A stretch of DNA of 21,363 nucleotides, filler included, from Candidatus Woesearchaeota archaeon B3_Woes (GTDB lineage Archaea > Nanobdellota > Nanobdellia > Woesearchaeales > B3-WOES): assembly GCA_005222965.1 (NCBI GenBank). It is 3 parts of 3 records of this genome, joined end to end, with 100 filler letters (N's around TTAATTAATTAA, not from the genome) between each part and the next. Parts side by side here need not be neighbours in the genome. Positions count along the whole stretch, not along the records: positions 1 to 6,724 come from NJBG01000003.1; positions 6,825 to 13,139 come from NJBG01000004.1; 1 more part is not named here. One strand, given 5' to 3'. This document shows positions 1-8,714 of the stretch, in pieces. A program made the position numbers and the translations under genes. A model generated the notes under the pieces. That model did no database searches. It was not told where the DNA came from and saw only the letters and a program-made list of their open reading frames with translations. Position 1 is the first letter of the stretch, and each line of letters opens with the position of its first letter.

Positions 1-45
1 TTAGATACTAACTTAAAAACTGGACTAAAGAATGGGGTAAGGTCA
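1..45 (+). mobile_element. Probable IS3-family right terminal inverted repeat (element lies upstream of the window)
   Basis: TTAGATACTAACTTAAAAACTGGACTAAAGAATGGGGTAAGGTCA is a near copy of 2418-2458, which directly follows a transposase C-terminal remnant. It ends in CA, as IS3 ends do. Confidence 0.55.
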
Positions 46-286
46 CAAGGATAATGTTGAAATGACTTACTTGTTTAAACTTTTTGTATTTTTAAACTTT
101 AACTATTTTTTAACAAGCTTCATTTAAGAACAGATATTAATTTTATTTCAGTGACGCATTATTGGGTTTGAACGGATCATTAATTAACTTTAATAACAAT
201 AAAAATAAAAAACTAATATAATATTTGTGTTGTATACAATTTATTAGAGATAATTAAAATTATTTTTAAAAGGATTAAATTATTAG

Positions 287-1399
287 ATGAATATTTTACA
301 TATTACAAGAAGGTTTTATCCAGGAATCGGTGGAGTTGAAACTTATATTAAAGATATTTCCGAAGAGTTAATAAAACAAGATATAAATTGTAGTGTTTTA
401 ACTATAAATTATGATATTTTTAATAAAAAGAAGAAATTTAAAGCTTATGAAAATTTAAATGGAATAGATATTTTCAGGATTCGGTCTTTTGGTAGTTATA
501 AAAAACCAATCCCTCTTAAAATACCCTTTAGAATTCTTAAATGGGCTGATGTAATTCATATACATGATGTGAGGTTTTTATTTGAGTCTGTTTGTTTTTT
601 AAAAATTTTTTTTAAATATAGGATTGTTATTTCCACTCACGGCTTCATTCTGCATACAAACGATTTAAAACTAATAAAATTATTAATGATCCCACTTTAT
701 TATAAACCTATGCTTAAATTATTTTCTGATAAAATATTATGTGACAGTCCTCAGGATTATAAGTATTTTTTTAATATTGGACTAAAAAAAAATAGTATTT
801 TAATAGAAAATGGATTAAATTTAAAAAAATTTTTAAATGTCAATAAAAAAATAATACCGGGAAAGTTGCTTTATTTCGGAAGAGTAGACAAAAATAAAGG
901 ACTTGATTTACTTTTTCGTACTTTAGCTAAAGTACAATTTAAAGATTGGTTTTTAGATATTATTGGAGATGGTTTTAACGATTATGTTTCGGAATTAAAG
1001 ATTATGATAGAGACTTTGAATATTTCTCATCAAATCAGGTGGCATGGTTTTGTTAGTAATGAAGAGCTTTTAAAGAATCTTAAAGAAGCACATATATGTT
1101 TTTTCCCATCAAGATACGAAGGTTTTGGATTTACTCTTGTGGAAGCTATGGCATCAAAAAATGTATGTATTGCAAATGATATAGAAGCATTAAGGAATAT
1201 CATAAGTAAAAGTAAGACTGCATACATAGTTAATTTTAATGATTCTGAAAAATGCTCACAACTAGTAGATTCTGTTCTTTCTGAAGGATTTTATTTATTT
1301 GAAGAAATTGGCAGAAAAGCAAGGGAAAATTCGAAGAGATTCAGCTGGTCAGCAAAAATTTTTGAAATTATAAATTTATATAAGAATATTTTATCCTGA
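287..1399 (+). CDS. Glycosyltransferase family 4 (GT-B)
   Basis: N-terminal MNILHITRRFYPGIGGVE, GRVDKNKG, and the ExFG...E motif PSRYEGFGFTLVEAMA. Confidence 0.93.
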   Translation: MNILHITRRFYPGIGGVETYIKDISEELIKQDINCSVLTINYDIFNKKKKFKAYENLNGIDIFRIRSFGSYKKPIPLKIPFRILKWADVIHIHDVRFLFESVCFLKIFFKYRIVISTHGFILHTNDLKLIKLLMIPLYYKPMLKLFSDKILCDSPQDYKYFFNIGLKKNSILIENGLNLKKFLNVNKKIIPGKLLYFGRVDKNKGLDLLFRTLAKVQFKDWFLDIIGDGFNDYVSELKIMIETLNISHQIRWHGFVSNEELLKNLKEAHICFFPSRYEGFGFTLVEAMASKNVCIANDIEALRNIISKSKTAYIVNFNDSEKCSQLVDSVLSEGFYLFEEIGRKARENSKRFSWSAKIFEIINLYKNILS

Positions 1400-1429
1400 T
1401 TTAACAAATTTTTAAGTATAACATTTTTT

Positions 1430-2218
1430 ATGGAAAATAAAGAAAATGAGATCCTGGAATTATTCGGCTTAAACTTTAATAATCTTTCATTTAATGAAGC
1501 TTTGGATAAAATCACTTTTCTTATTGATTGTAATAAAAAGATAGTTATTTTTACAGTAAATGTAGCTCACATAACTAAAATAAATGAAGACCCTAATATA
1601 AGAAATATTTATTACAAAGCAGATTTAATTTTAAACGACAGTCAGGTTCTTTATTTTGCTTCAAGAATGCTTGGCAAACCCTTAAAAGGGAAAATTTCTG
1701 GTTCAGACCTCCTGCCTGCCCTGTGTAAGGTTGCATCATTAAAAGGTTACCATATTTTTTTTCTAGGTGGGCGTAATAACGCTTCACATTATGCTGCAGA
1801 GAAATTAAAACAGACCTATAAATCAGTTCAAATTGTAGGTACCATATCACCTGCTTTTGGATTCGAGAAAGAGGCTTATGAAGTTGATAAAATTATTAAG
1901 GAAATTAATAAAGTCAAACCTCAAATTTTATTTATAGGATTGGGATTTCCTAAACAGGAAGTATTTATAAATGAATATAGAGACAGGTTAAATGTTAATT
2001 TAATTATTGGTATTGGTGCATCTTTTGAATTTGCATCAAGTATTATAAAGAGGGCGCCAAAATGGATGCAGGATTTTGCTCTTGAATGGTTATATAGACT
2101 TATCAAAGAACCAAAGAGATTATGGAAAAGATATCTTTTCTCAAATACATTATTTATTCTGCTTTTTGCAAAGATGTATTTTAAAAAAGTTTTTAGACAA
2201 AACAAAAACAAATTATGA
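1430..2218 (+). CDS. WecB/TagA/CpsF family glycosyltransferase (GT26)
   Basis: TVNVAH, KISGSDL, FIGLGFPKQE, IGIGASFEF and KRAPKWMQDFALEWLYRL..EPKRLWKRY motifs. Confidence 0.93.
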   Translation: MENKENEILELFGLNFNNLSFNEALDKITFLIDCNKKIVIFTVNVAHITKINEDPNIRNIYYKADLILNDSQVLYFASRMLGKPLKGKISGSDLLPALCKVASLKGYHIFFLGGRNNASHYAAEKLKQTYKSVQIVGTISPAFGFEKEAYEVDKIIKEINKVKPQILFIGLGFPKQEVFINEYRDRLNVNLIIGIGASFEFASSIIKRAPKWMQDFALEWLYRLIKEPKRLWKRYLFSNTLFILLFAKMYFKKVFRQNKNKL

Positions 2219-2270
2219 CATAAAATTTGGTATTATGGGAATGTTGTCATACTCCCTATAACCTTATAAA

Positions 2271-2458
2271 TGCAAAATCTTTGACACCATGCAGAAAACT
2301 AAGATACTAATTGAAAGATGTAGGACCTATTACAATATCATAAGGCCTAATAGTGCTATCGAATATAGCAAGGGCAGCTCCGGAATGTAAAGTATTAGAT
2401 ATTTGTTTAAATATGGCTTAGATATCTTAAAAACTGGACTAAAAAAGGGGTAATGACA
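2271..2458 (+). mobile_element. Degenerate IS3-family remnant: transposase OrfB C-terminus plus right inverted repeat
   Basis: From 2271 it translates as KIFDTMQKTKILIERCRTYYNIIRPNSAIEY, then AAPE after a frameshift. This resembles the IS3 motif 'IFxTLxEAKVLIERWRxxYNxxRPHSxLGYxPPAPE'. It is followed by a repeat (2418-2458) also found at 1-45. Confidence 0.7.
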
Positions 2459-2560
2459 CTTCAATAAATTAAAAATAGCAGAAGAATAATTGAAATTGTT
2501 TAAAATTTTATTATAATTTTTAGAAAAAAGTATAATCTTATCCTGGTAAATTAGAAAAAT

Positions 2561-3673
2561 ATGGAATTTTCTTCTTTCTCAAATAGAACAAATATAAAAC
2601 CTAAAAAGATATGGCTGGATGCCTCTACAGTCTGTCAGCTTAAATGTCGCTCTTGCCCAACAGCAACCGGAGAAATAGGTAAAAAGCTTGGTAAGGGTTT
2701 TCTGCAATTCAAAGATTTTAAGGAGATAGTAGACAAGAACCCGCAGATACATAGTATTGAATTGTCTAATTGGGGAGAGATTTTTTTAAACAAGGAATTG
2801 CCCGAAATAATAAAATATGCATATATGCACAATGTTGCCTTAAATGCTGTAAATGGCGTAAATCTCAATAATGCCGATGAAAATGTCCTGGAGGCACTGG
2901 TTAAATATAAGTTTAGACAAATAACATGCGCCATAGACGGGGCAAGTCAGAAAACTTATTCTGTTTATCGTGTTAATGGTAATTTTGACCAGGTCATTGA
3001 GAATATAAAAACGATTAACAGATTCAAAAATAAATATAATTCCTTTTTTCCGGTATTGAAATGGCAGTTTATCATTTTCGGGCATAATGAAAACGAGATT
3101 GGTGAAGCCAGAAAAATGGCCAGGAATCTGAATATGATATTTAATTTGAAACTTAATTGGAATGATCTCTATGTAGAGTCTTTTTCACCTATAAAAAATG
3201 CTGAATTGGTTAGAAAAGAGAGTGGTTTGGGTGTAGCCACCAGAGAAGAATTCAGGCAAAAATATGGGAGAGATTATTGTAATCAGTGTTTGAGGATGTG
3301 GACCGAGCCACAGATTAATTATGATGGAAGACTTCTAGGGTGTGATGTGAACTATTGGGGTGGTGATTATGGTAATATTTTAGAAGATGGACTGTATGAA
3401 TGTATTAATTCCGAAAAAATGAATTATGCAAGAGAAATGTTAATGGGAAAGGCAGAAGAAAGAGACGACATTCCATGCATCCACTGTAAAAACTTTGGCT
3501 GGAAAAAAGAATATAAAACCTGGGTTACCAATAAAGATATTAAATATGTCATTATGGAAAGTAGAAAATTGGTTATGATCGAGAATAAATTGTTTGAATA
3601 TAAATTAATAAATAAAATAGCTGAAAAGATGCTTACTGCAAGACAATGGTTAAAACAAAAAAAGATTTGGTGA
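2561..3673 (+). CDS. Radical SAM protein with C-terminal SPASM/twitch-like domain
   Basis: CxxxCxxC motif CQLKCRSC, NWGEIFLN, IDGASQKTY..YRVNG, and Cys-rich C-terminal region CLRMW...GC...CIHC. Confidence 0.9.
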   Translation: MEFSSFSNRTNIKPKKIWLDASTVCQLKCRSCPTATGEIGKKLGKGFLQFKDFKEIVDKNPQIHSIELSNWGEIFLNKELPEIIKYAYMHNVALNAVNGVNLNNADENVLEALVKYKFRQITCAIDGASQKTYSVYRVNGNFDQVIENIKTINRFKNKYNSFFPVLKWQFIIFGHNENEIGEARKMARNLNMIFNLKLNWNDLYVESFSPIKNAELVRKESGLGVATREEFRQKYGRDYCNQCLRMWTEPQINYDGRLLGCDVNYWGGDYGNILEDGLYECINSEKMNYAREMLMGKAEERDDIPCIHCKNFGWKKEYKTWVTNKDIKYVIMESRKLVMIENKLFEYKLINKIAEKMLTARQWLKQKKIW

Positions 3674-3817
3674 AATAAAAGGAAAAGATAAAAAAATTAG
3701 GCTAAATGTTCTTTGACTTCAAACCCATTAATTAACAGAAAATATAAAGTGTTATTAAAAATATTTAAGATAAATTTCGAGCTTGGTTATTTATTTTTTT
3801 ATCATTATTCAGATTTG

Positions 3818-4650
3818 ATGAAATTGAGGGAATACTATAGTCTCCTTCCGTTTGGATATCTGCGTATTCAAAAACTGGTAACACGAGTTTTAGGCCTTAA
3901 GTATCAGCGCAGCCGAAAATTTATTGAAATTGATATACCTATGCTTGTAACCTTAAATGCTACAATTGTGACCGCTCCTGCAGCCAGGCGCCTTCTCAGG
4001 AGCGAATGACAGTGGAGCAAATCAGGCTATTCCTTGATGAGAGTATTGCAGGCAAAATCCGCTGGGAACGAATTAGAATACTAGGGGGAGAACCTACGCT
4101 GCATCCAAACCTTTTAGAAATCATTGATATGATACGTAACTGGCGTCTAGATTATGCTCCAGAGGCTTTAATCGAGCTTAATACAAACGGTTATGGACAT
4201 CGAGTTAGAGAAGTCCTGAGATTTATTCCAGATGATATTATAATTAAAAATAGTAATAAAAATTGTCGAGAGCAATTATTTGATTCATTCAACATTGCCC
4301 CATCCGATAAAATTGCCTATCAATTCGCCGATTTCCGAAATGGGTGTTATCTCGCTAAGATGAGTGGTATTGGTCTTACTCCATATGGATATTACCCTTG
4401 TGCTCCTGCAGGGGCAATAGACCGAGTATTTGGGTTTGACACCGGTCGTGATAGACTACCCACCGAAGATGATGACCTTTATGACCAGCTTAAGAAGTTC
4501 TGTCGCCTTTGTGGCCACTTTGAGCGGCGTTTTCATTCGAAAGTTCACCGTCCTACCATGTCCAAAACTTGGGAAAATGCCTACGAGCTTTATAGCATCA
4601 AGCGACCAATACTCCACCGATATGGAGAAAGAGACATAATAGTACACTAG
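3818..4650 (+). pseudogene. Radical SAM protein split by a 1-nt frameshift near 3935-3937 (pseudogene or sequencing error)
   Basis: The frame from ATG 3818 gives ...SRKFIEIDI. The -1 frame from 3937 continues TYACNLKCYNCDRSCSQAPSQERMTVEQ...ILGGEPTLHP...TNG, restoring the CxxxCxxC and GGEP motifs. Confidence 0.85.
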
Positions 4651-4696
4651 TATAAATTTTAAAAATTATAAATTATTTTCTATTTTCTGTTTTTGA

Positions 4697-5526
4697 TTAA
4701 AACCTTAAAATTTTTTTAAGTTTACTTTTCCAGAATTTCAATTTTATTAATTTATGGAAATAATAACTTAAGAGGTAAGGAATTCTAATAATCAAACTTA
4801 CTTTATTTGTGTGGAATTCAAATGCAACCTCTCTGGCTGCATTATTCCCTCGATTATATATACTATGAGGTTTACCAGTTGCATAAAAAATTACATCATA
4901 TGGTGTGGCTTTTTTACCAAGTGTTTCTACTTCGCCTTCCAGTATTATAGAGACTACATCATAAATATCACGATGAGTCTTAACGCCACCACCAGAATTC
5001 ATTACTGACATATGGCAATGAAGTTTCTGTAAAAGTAAAGTGTTGAACCTTCAAATACAGGTTTAATGAAGAACTTATTGTTTTTTTGATTATCCTTATT
5101 GTCCGGTATACTAAAATAAGCAAAATTTAGTCCTGAATTTTTGTTTTTTGAGTTAGTTTTCCATTTTAACGTTAAGCAATTAGCAGGTATATCGCTTGTC
5201 GTTTTAAGTGTGTGAGAAAAATGTGCCGGATAGTAGACAAATTGGCCTTCTTTTAAATCCATATTTCCATTTTTTACCAAATCATTACTATCCGGATGTA
5301 TAAGATTTGCACTTCCGGATAAAAGGAATAATATTTCTTCTTCGTCATGATTATGCTGATCATGCTGGCTATGGTCTTTTGCCAGCGCTAATACATGGCA
5401 GGAAATTTCCAGTAATCCTGCTGTCATACCTTCAAATATTGGAAAAGATTTCCATTTCTCATTCTTTGAAAGAGTTAATGGTATCTTTAGATTGCAAACA
5501 CTGCTGGTTAACTTATTTTCTAACAT
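4697..5526 (-). pseudogene. Bicupin (two cupin domains) split by a frameshift at about 5031-5034
   Basis: Domain 1: FEGMTAGLLEISCH...HDQHNHDEEEILFLLSG...YYPAHFSH. After the shift: FEGSTLY/LQKLHCHMSV...HRDIYDV..ILEG...FYATGKPH. SD AGGAGA precedes ATG 5526. Confidence 0.8.
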
Positions 5527-5613
5527 TATATATCTCCTGCTTCTGTTATAAAAAGAGATTTTATCTTAATAGCTGTAAATACAACTTTTAGATAGTGCAA
5601 ATAATTTATAATT

Positions 5614-6723
5614 TTACTTTTTACTGGATAATAAATTTTTATATAAGCCGATATATTTAATAGCAATTTCTTCAGCTGAATACTGCTTTGCCTTGTAAAT
5701 ACAATTTTCCGACATGCTAAAAATCAGCTCCGGGTTGTCAATAAAAAGTGTTATTTTACTTTCCAGGTCTCCATTTTTATCAGGATCAAAAATAAATCCG
5801 GTTTTACCATCTTCAATTAATTCGGGAATACCGCCTCCGTTAGAACCGATTACGGGGACCCCATATGAATATGCTTCTATGATTACTCTACCAAAAGGTT
5901 CATTCCATAAAGAAGGCATAATCAGTACATCTATTTTTGACATAAATTCCGAAATATTTAAAAACCCTAAAAACTTAATATTTTTAGCAGAAAATTTTAA
6001 TCTAAGATTTTCTTCAGAATTCTTATTTTTAGCTTTACCCAATATTATAAGATTTGCATTACTCTGCATGCTGCTAAAAGTCTCCAGGAGTTTTTCTATT
6101 CCCTTTGTCTGACTTATTAAACCGATAAATGCAAATGTTAATGGTTCATGGATCATTTCTTTCTGGCTAATACCTGTGTTGATTCTAACAGGAGAGCCAA
6201 TTATAAATTTTTTAGAAAAAGGAAAAAACCCTTCGTTGGTATGCCTTATTAAGATATAGTTTGTTAGTCCGACAACGACATCAACATTTTTTGAGAAAAA
6301 TTTCTTGGGAAATGAAAAAAGCCTGCATGTATAACATAATGAGGTGCAATTTCTATTTTTTGAAAACATGGTTGATTTCCAGCACAATAAATAATAATCA
6401 CGTAAAGTATGAACTGATGGTATATTATTTTTTTTGATTACTGTCCAAAAAGAGTAAGATAAGCCTATAAGGTTATTGGTATAAACAATATCAGGATTTT
6501 CAGATTTAAGTATTTTATTCAATTTTCTGTCAATGACAGGATTTTTTATACTTAACAGATGCCGTAAAGGAATTAATAATTTTATATATCTATTAGATTT
6601 AAAAAGCCAGAAAAAATTTGAATGATAAATATAATAAACTTTTACACCATTAACGAAGTCTATATAATTTTTATTTGATAAAGTAATGACCACGATTTCA
6701 ATGCCCTTTTTTTGCTGTTCCTC
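5614..6723 (-). CDS. Glycosyltransferase family 4, 5'-truncated by the contig edge
   Basis: HTLRDYYLLC, KG, and PSLWNEPFGRVIIEAYSYGVPVIGS..GGIPE. The frame stays open (EEQQKKGIEIVVIT) up to the N run. Confidence 0.9.
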   Translation of the reverse strand, partial: EEQQKKGIEIVVITLSNKNYIDFVNGVKVYYIYHSNFFWLFKSNRYIKLLIPLRHLLSIKNPVIDRKLNKILKSENPDIVYTNNLIGLSYSFWTVIKKNNIPSVHTLRDYYLLCWKSTMFSKNRNCTSLCYTCRLFSFPKKFFSKNVDVVVGLTNYILIRHTNEGFFPFSKKFIIGSPVRINTGISQKEMIHEPLTFAFIGLISQTKGIEKLLETFSSMQSNANLIILGKAKNKNSEENLRLKFSAKNIKFLGFLNISEFMSKIDVLIMPSLWNEPFGRVIIEAYSYGVPVIGSNGGGIPELIEDGKTGFIFDPDKNGDLESKITLFIDNPELIFSMSENCIYKAKQYSAEEIAIKYIGLYKNLLSSKK

Positions 6724-6724
6724 G

Positions 6725-6824
6725 NNNNNNNNNNNNNNNNNNNNNNNNNNNNNNNNNNNNNNNNNNNNTTAATTAATTAANNNNNNNNNNNNNNNNNNNN
6801 NNNNNNNNNNNNNNNNNNNNNNNN
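6725..6824. other. Artificial contig linker (44 N + TTAATTAATTAA + 44 N)
   Basis: Six-frame stop linker within N runs; genes are truncated on both sides. Confidence 0.97.
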
Positions 6825-7049
6825 AGTACTTTAAGCAGGGCATTTTGGTTGGGGAATAGGATGCTTTTACATGGTAGACCTTCAACTTTTGACGAAATAA
6901 AAGAAAAAATTGAAGAAGTAAAAGTGAAAGATGTTCAAAAAATGGCTCAAAATATTTTTACCAAAGATAAAATAAATTTATCTATTGTTGGCCCCTTTAA
7001 AAAAAAGGATAAGGAAGAATACAATTCTCTCCTGCAGAAATTATGTTAG
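6825..7049 (+). CDS. M16 (pitrilysin/insulinase) family peptidase, C-terminal fragment
   Basis: STLSRAFWLGNRMLLHGRPSTFDEIKEKIEEVKVKDVQKMAQNIF...LSIVGP is a typical M16 C-terminus. The frame is open from the contig edge. Confidence 0.8.
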   Translation, partial: STLSRAFWLGNRMLLHGRPSTFDEIKEKIEEVKVKDVQKMAQNIFTKDKINLSIVGPFKKKDKEEYNSLLQKLC

Positions 7050-7229
7050 TCGATAATGAATAGTAATTCGTACCACGTATCGAGTATCGCGTCAAAATAC
7101 AGTAATAAGTGATATGTAATGAGTAATAAGTTTATGATCTTAAGTTTACAAAAACAGGTTACTTGTCACACATTACATATTACAAAACTTACTGGCTAAC
7201 TGGTAAACCGGGTAACCGGCTCACTAACG
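7047..7229 (+). repeat. Cluster of short-period arrays, including inverted GTAATAA-type heptamer arrays (7102-7131 / 7159-7192)
   Basis: TAGTCGATAATGAATAGT, CGTATCG-type array, GTAATAA/GTGATAT/GTAATGA versus TTACTTG/TCACACA/TTACATA, and an 8-mer AAC(T/C)GG(C/G/T)(T/A) array. Part of it is repeated at 13007-13134. Confidence 0.8.
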
Positions 7230-7262
7230 TAATTGACAAATCGGGAATAAGGATACAATAAC

Positions 7263-7451
7263 ATGCCATTAAAATTAGGGATGGGAGATATTATTAGATT
7301 AAAGAAGAAACATCCTTGTGGAGGTTTCCATTGGGAAATTACCAGGACCGGTATTGATATTGGCTTAAAATGTCTTTGTTGTGGCAGAAAAGTGTTAGTT
7401 CCTCGGGTAAAATTAGAGAAGAAAATTAAAGAAATTATTCCCAGAGATTAA
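7263..7451 (+). CDS. DUF951 (YyzM-like) small protein
   Basis: GDIIRLKKKHPCGG..WEITRTGIDIGLKCLCCGRKVLVPR..LEK. Confidence 0.9.
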   Translation: MPLKLGMGDIIRLKKKHPCGGFHWEITRTGIDIGLKCLCCGRKVLVPRVKLEKKIKEIIPRD

Positions 7452-7510
7452 GAAAAAAAATGATATTTTTTAATTTTGTATCCCAAACCTTTTCTTTCTC
7501 TTTAACTTTT

Positions 7511-7678
7511 TACGCAATATCCAATACGATATACAAATTCACAGTTTTCAGTTTACGGTTTTCAGTTAATAGTTGCAAGATATAAATTCATCTAGTTAGT
7601 TATAGTTACCGGGCTAATTGGTTTGATATTAATTTATTAACTAGCTAACTAAATGGATACGCAATATGCGATACGAAT
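7511..7678 (+). repeat. Intergenic short tandem arrays (CAGTTTT-type, AGTTAG/TAACTAG inverted pair, GATACGC-type)
   Basis: CAGTTTTCAGTTTACGGTTTTCAGT is the inverse of the GAAAACTGTCAACTG unit at 10208 and 10967; also TACGCAATATGCGATACGAA. Confidence 0.6.
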
Positions 7679-7684
7679 ATAAAC

Positions 7685-7712
7685 TTGATATCGAAAATAT
7701 CTGTGATATAAT
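7685..7712 (+). promoter_or_regulatory. Sigma70-type promoter for rpsF-rpsR
   Basis: TTGATA-16 nt-TATAAT with extended -10 (TGnTATAAT). Confidence 0.6.
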
Positions 7713-7734
7713 ATAAATCGTTTTATATTTCTAA

Positions 7735-7790
7735 TTTCCTTGCTCCTGAAAAATCTTTCAGGGGCTGATTAAACCGAAAGGAGGTGGTAA
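7735..7790 (+). promoter_or_regulatory. S6:S18 ribosomal protein leader RNA
   Basis: TTTCCTT can pair with the AAGGAGG SD. Inner stem GCTCCTGAAA/TTTCAGGGGC. Unpaired CCG at 7774-7776 just 5' of the SD, upstream of rpsF. Confidence 0.8.
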
Positions 7791-7793
7791 CAG

Positions 7794-8105
7794 ATGAGAA
7801 GTTATGAAGTAATGCTTGCCATAAATCCCCAGTTAGAAGACGAAGAGTTAGATTCCTTATTGACTAAATTCAAAAAGCTTATTACCGACGCAAAAGGAGA
7901 AATAACCAAAACAAATAAATGGGGCAAAAGGAAGTTAGCTTACGAAATTAAGGATTTTACAGAGGCGAATTATGTGGTCTTAAATTTTAATGTGGATGAA
8001 AAAATTATTTTAGAACTTGAAAGAGTTGTAAAGTTAGAAGAGAGAGTTATCAGATATTTATTGACCTTACAACATGAAGGAAAAAGTCAAAATAAGAACA
8101 GTTAA
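7794..8105 (+). CDS. rpsF: 30S ribosomal protein S6
   Basis: MRSYEVM...WGKRKLAYEIK...ELER...VIRYL; strong SD. Confidence 0.97.
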   Translation: MRSYEVMLAINPQLEDEELDSLLTKFKKLITDAKGEITKTNKWGKRKLAYEIKDFTEANYVVLNFNVDEKIILELERVVKLEERVIRYLLTLQHEGKSQNKNS

Positions 8106-8169
8106 TTAATTATTTAAACAAATACCGAAAAGAGAAGGTAGATTATTAAAGGAGGAAAAATATAAATTA

Positions 8170-8400
8170 ATGGCACGATACGGTTTTTTTAGAAGACCAC
8201 AAAGGAAAGTTTGTCTTTTTTGTAAAGAAAAAATATTAGCTGATTATAAGGATGTAGATTTATTAAGAAAATTTATTACTGAACAAGGTAAAATGCTGCC
8301 TCGTAGAGCAACCGGAAACTGCGCAAGACATCAACGTACACTGGCTATATCTATAAAAAGAGCAAGAGAAATAGGGCTTCTCCCTTATGTGGCGAAATAA
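8170..8400 (+). CDS. rpsR: 30S ribosomal protein S18 (zinc-binding C+ form)
   Basis: [51 protein letters not shown]. Confidence 0.97.
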   Translation: MARYGFFRRPQRKVCLFCKEKILADYKDVDLLRKFITEQGKMLPRRATGNCARHQRTLAISIKRAREIGLLPYVAK

Positions 8401-8406
8401 GTAAAT

Positions 8407-8670
8407 TAGTATATAGTATGTAGTATTTCGTATATCGTATTTCGTATATCGTTAGGATCTGAATGTTACGCGCCGGTTTATATTCTGGATTCTGACTACT
8501 GGCTCCTGACTTCTATTTTCTTCACGAGATACGAGATACGAATTTATTCTGTATCATGATTTCTATGCTCTTCACGGGATATAACTCACAACATAAAATA
8601 TATAAGATGTGATTTTGATTTTACCATCTTAACTTTTTGTTTTTCACGATATACGATATACTATATACGA
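8407..8670 (+). repeat. Inverted heptamer arrays (T(A/C)GTATA)n ... (ACGATAT)n enclosing further arrays
   Basis: Left arm 8407-8452, right arm 8646-8670. Interior has TTCTGGATTCTGACTACTGGCTCCTGAC and CACGAGATACGAGATACGAA. Confidence 0.85.
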
Positions 8671-8714
8671 AAAAAGTTTTAAACTTTTTTAATACAAAGG
8701 AAGAGGCTTGTTTA

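Noticed and set aside
3713..4009. Independent 98-aa protein or RiPP precursor between the radical SAM genes
   Set aside because: Better explained as the 5' part of the frameshifted radical SAM gene
6769..6780. Palindromic TTAATTAATTAA repeated at 13184-13195
   Set aside because: It is centred in identical N runs, so it is a synthetic six-frame stop linker rather than biology. Cross-gap gene neighbourhoods were not interpreted.
7233..7259. TTGACA...TACAAT promoter for DUF951
   Set aside because: The spacer is only 15 nt and the implied start site would fall at or after the ATG
8120..8140. Second ACCGAAA motif upstream of rpsR as a duplicate S6:S18 site
   Set aside because: No accompanying stem structure is visible; likely chance
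8637..8714. Longer N-terminus for yybS from the ORF track
   Set aside because: It begins inside a repeat array. TTG 8715 has an SD, and family-like sequence starts there.
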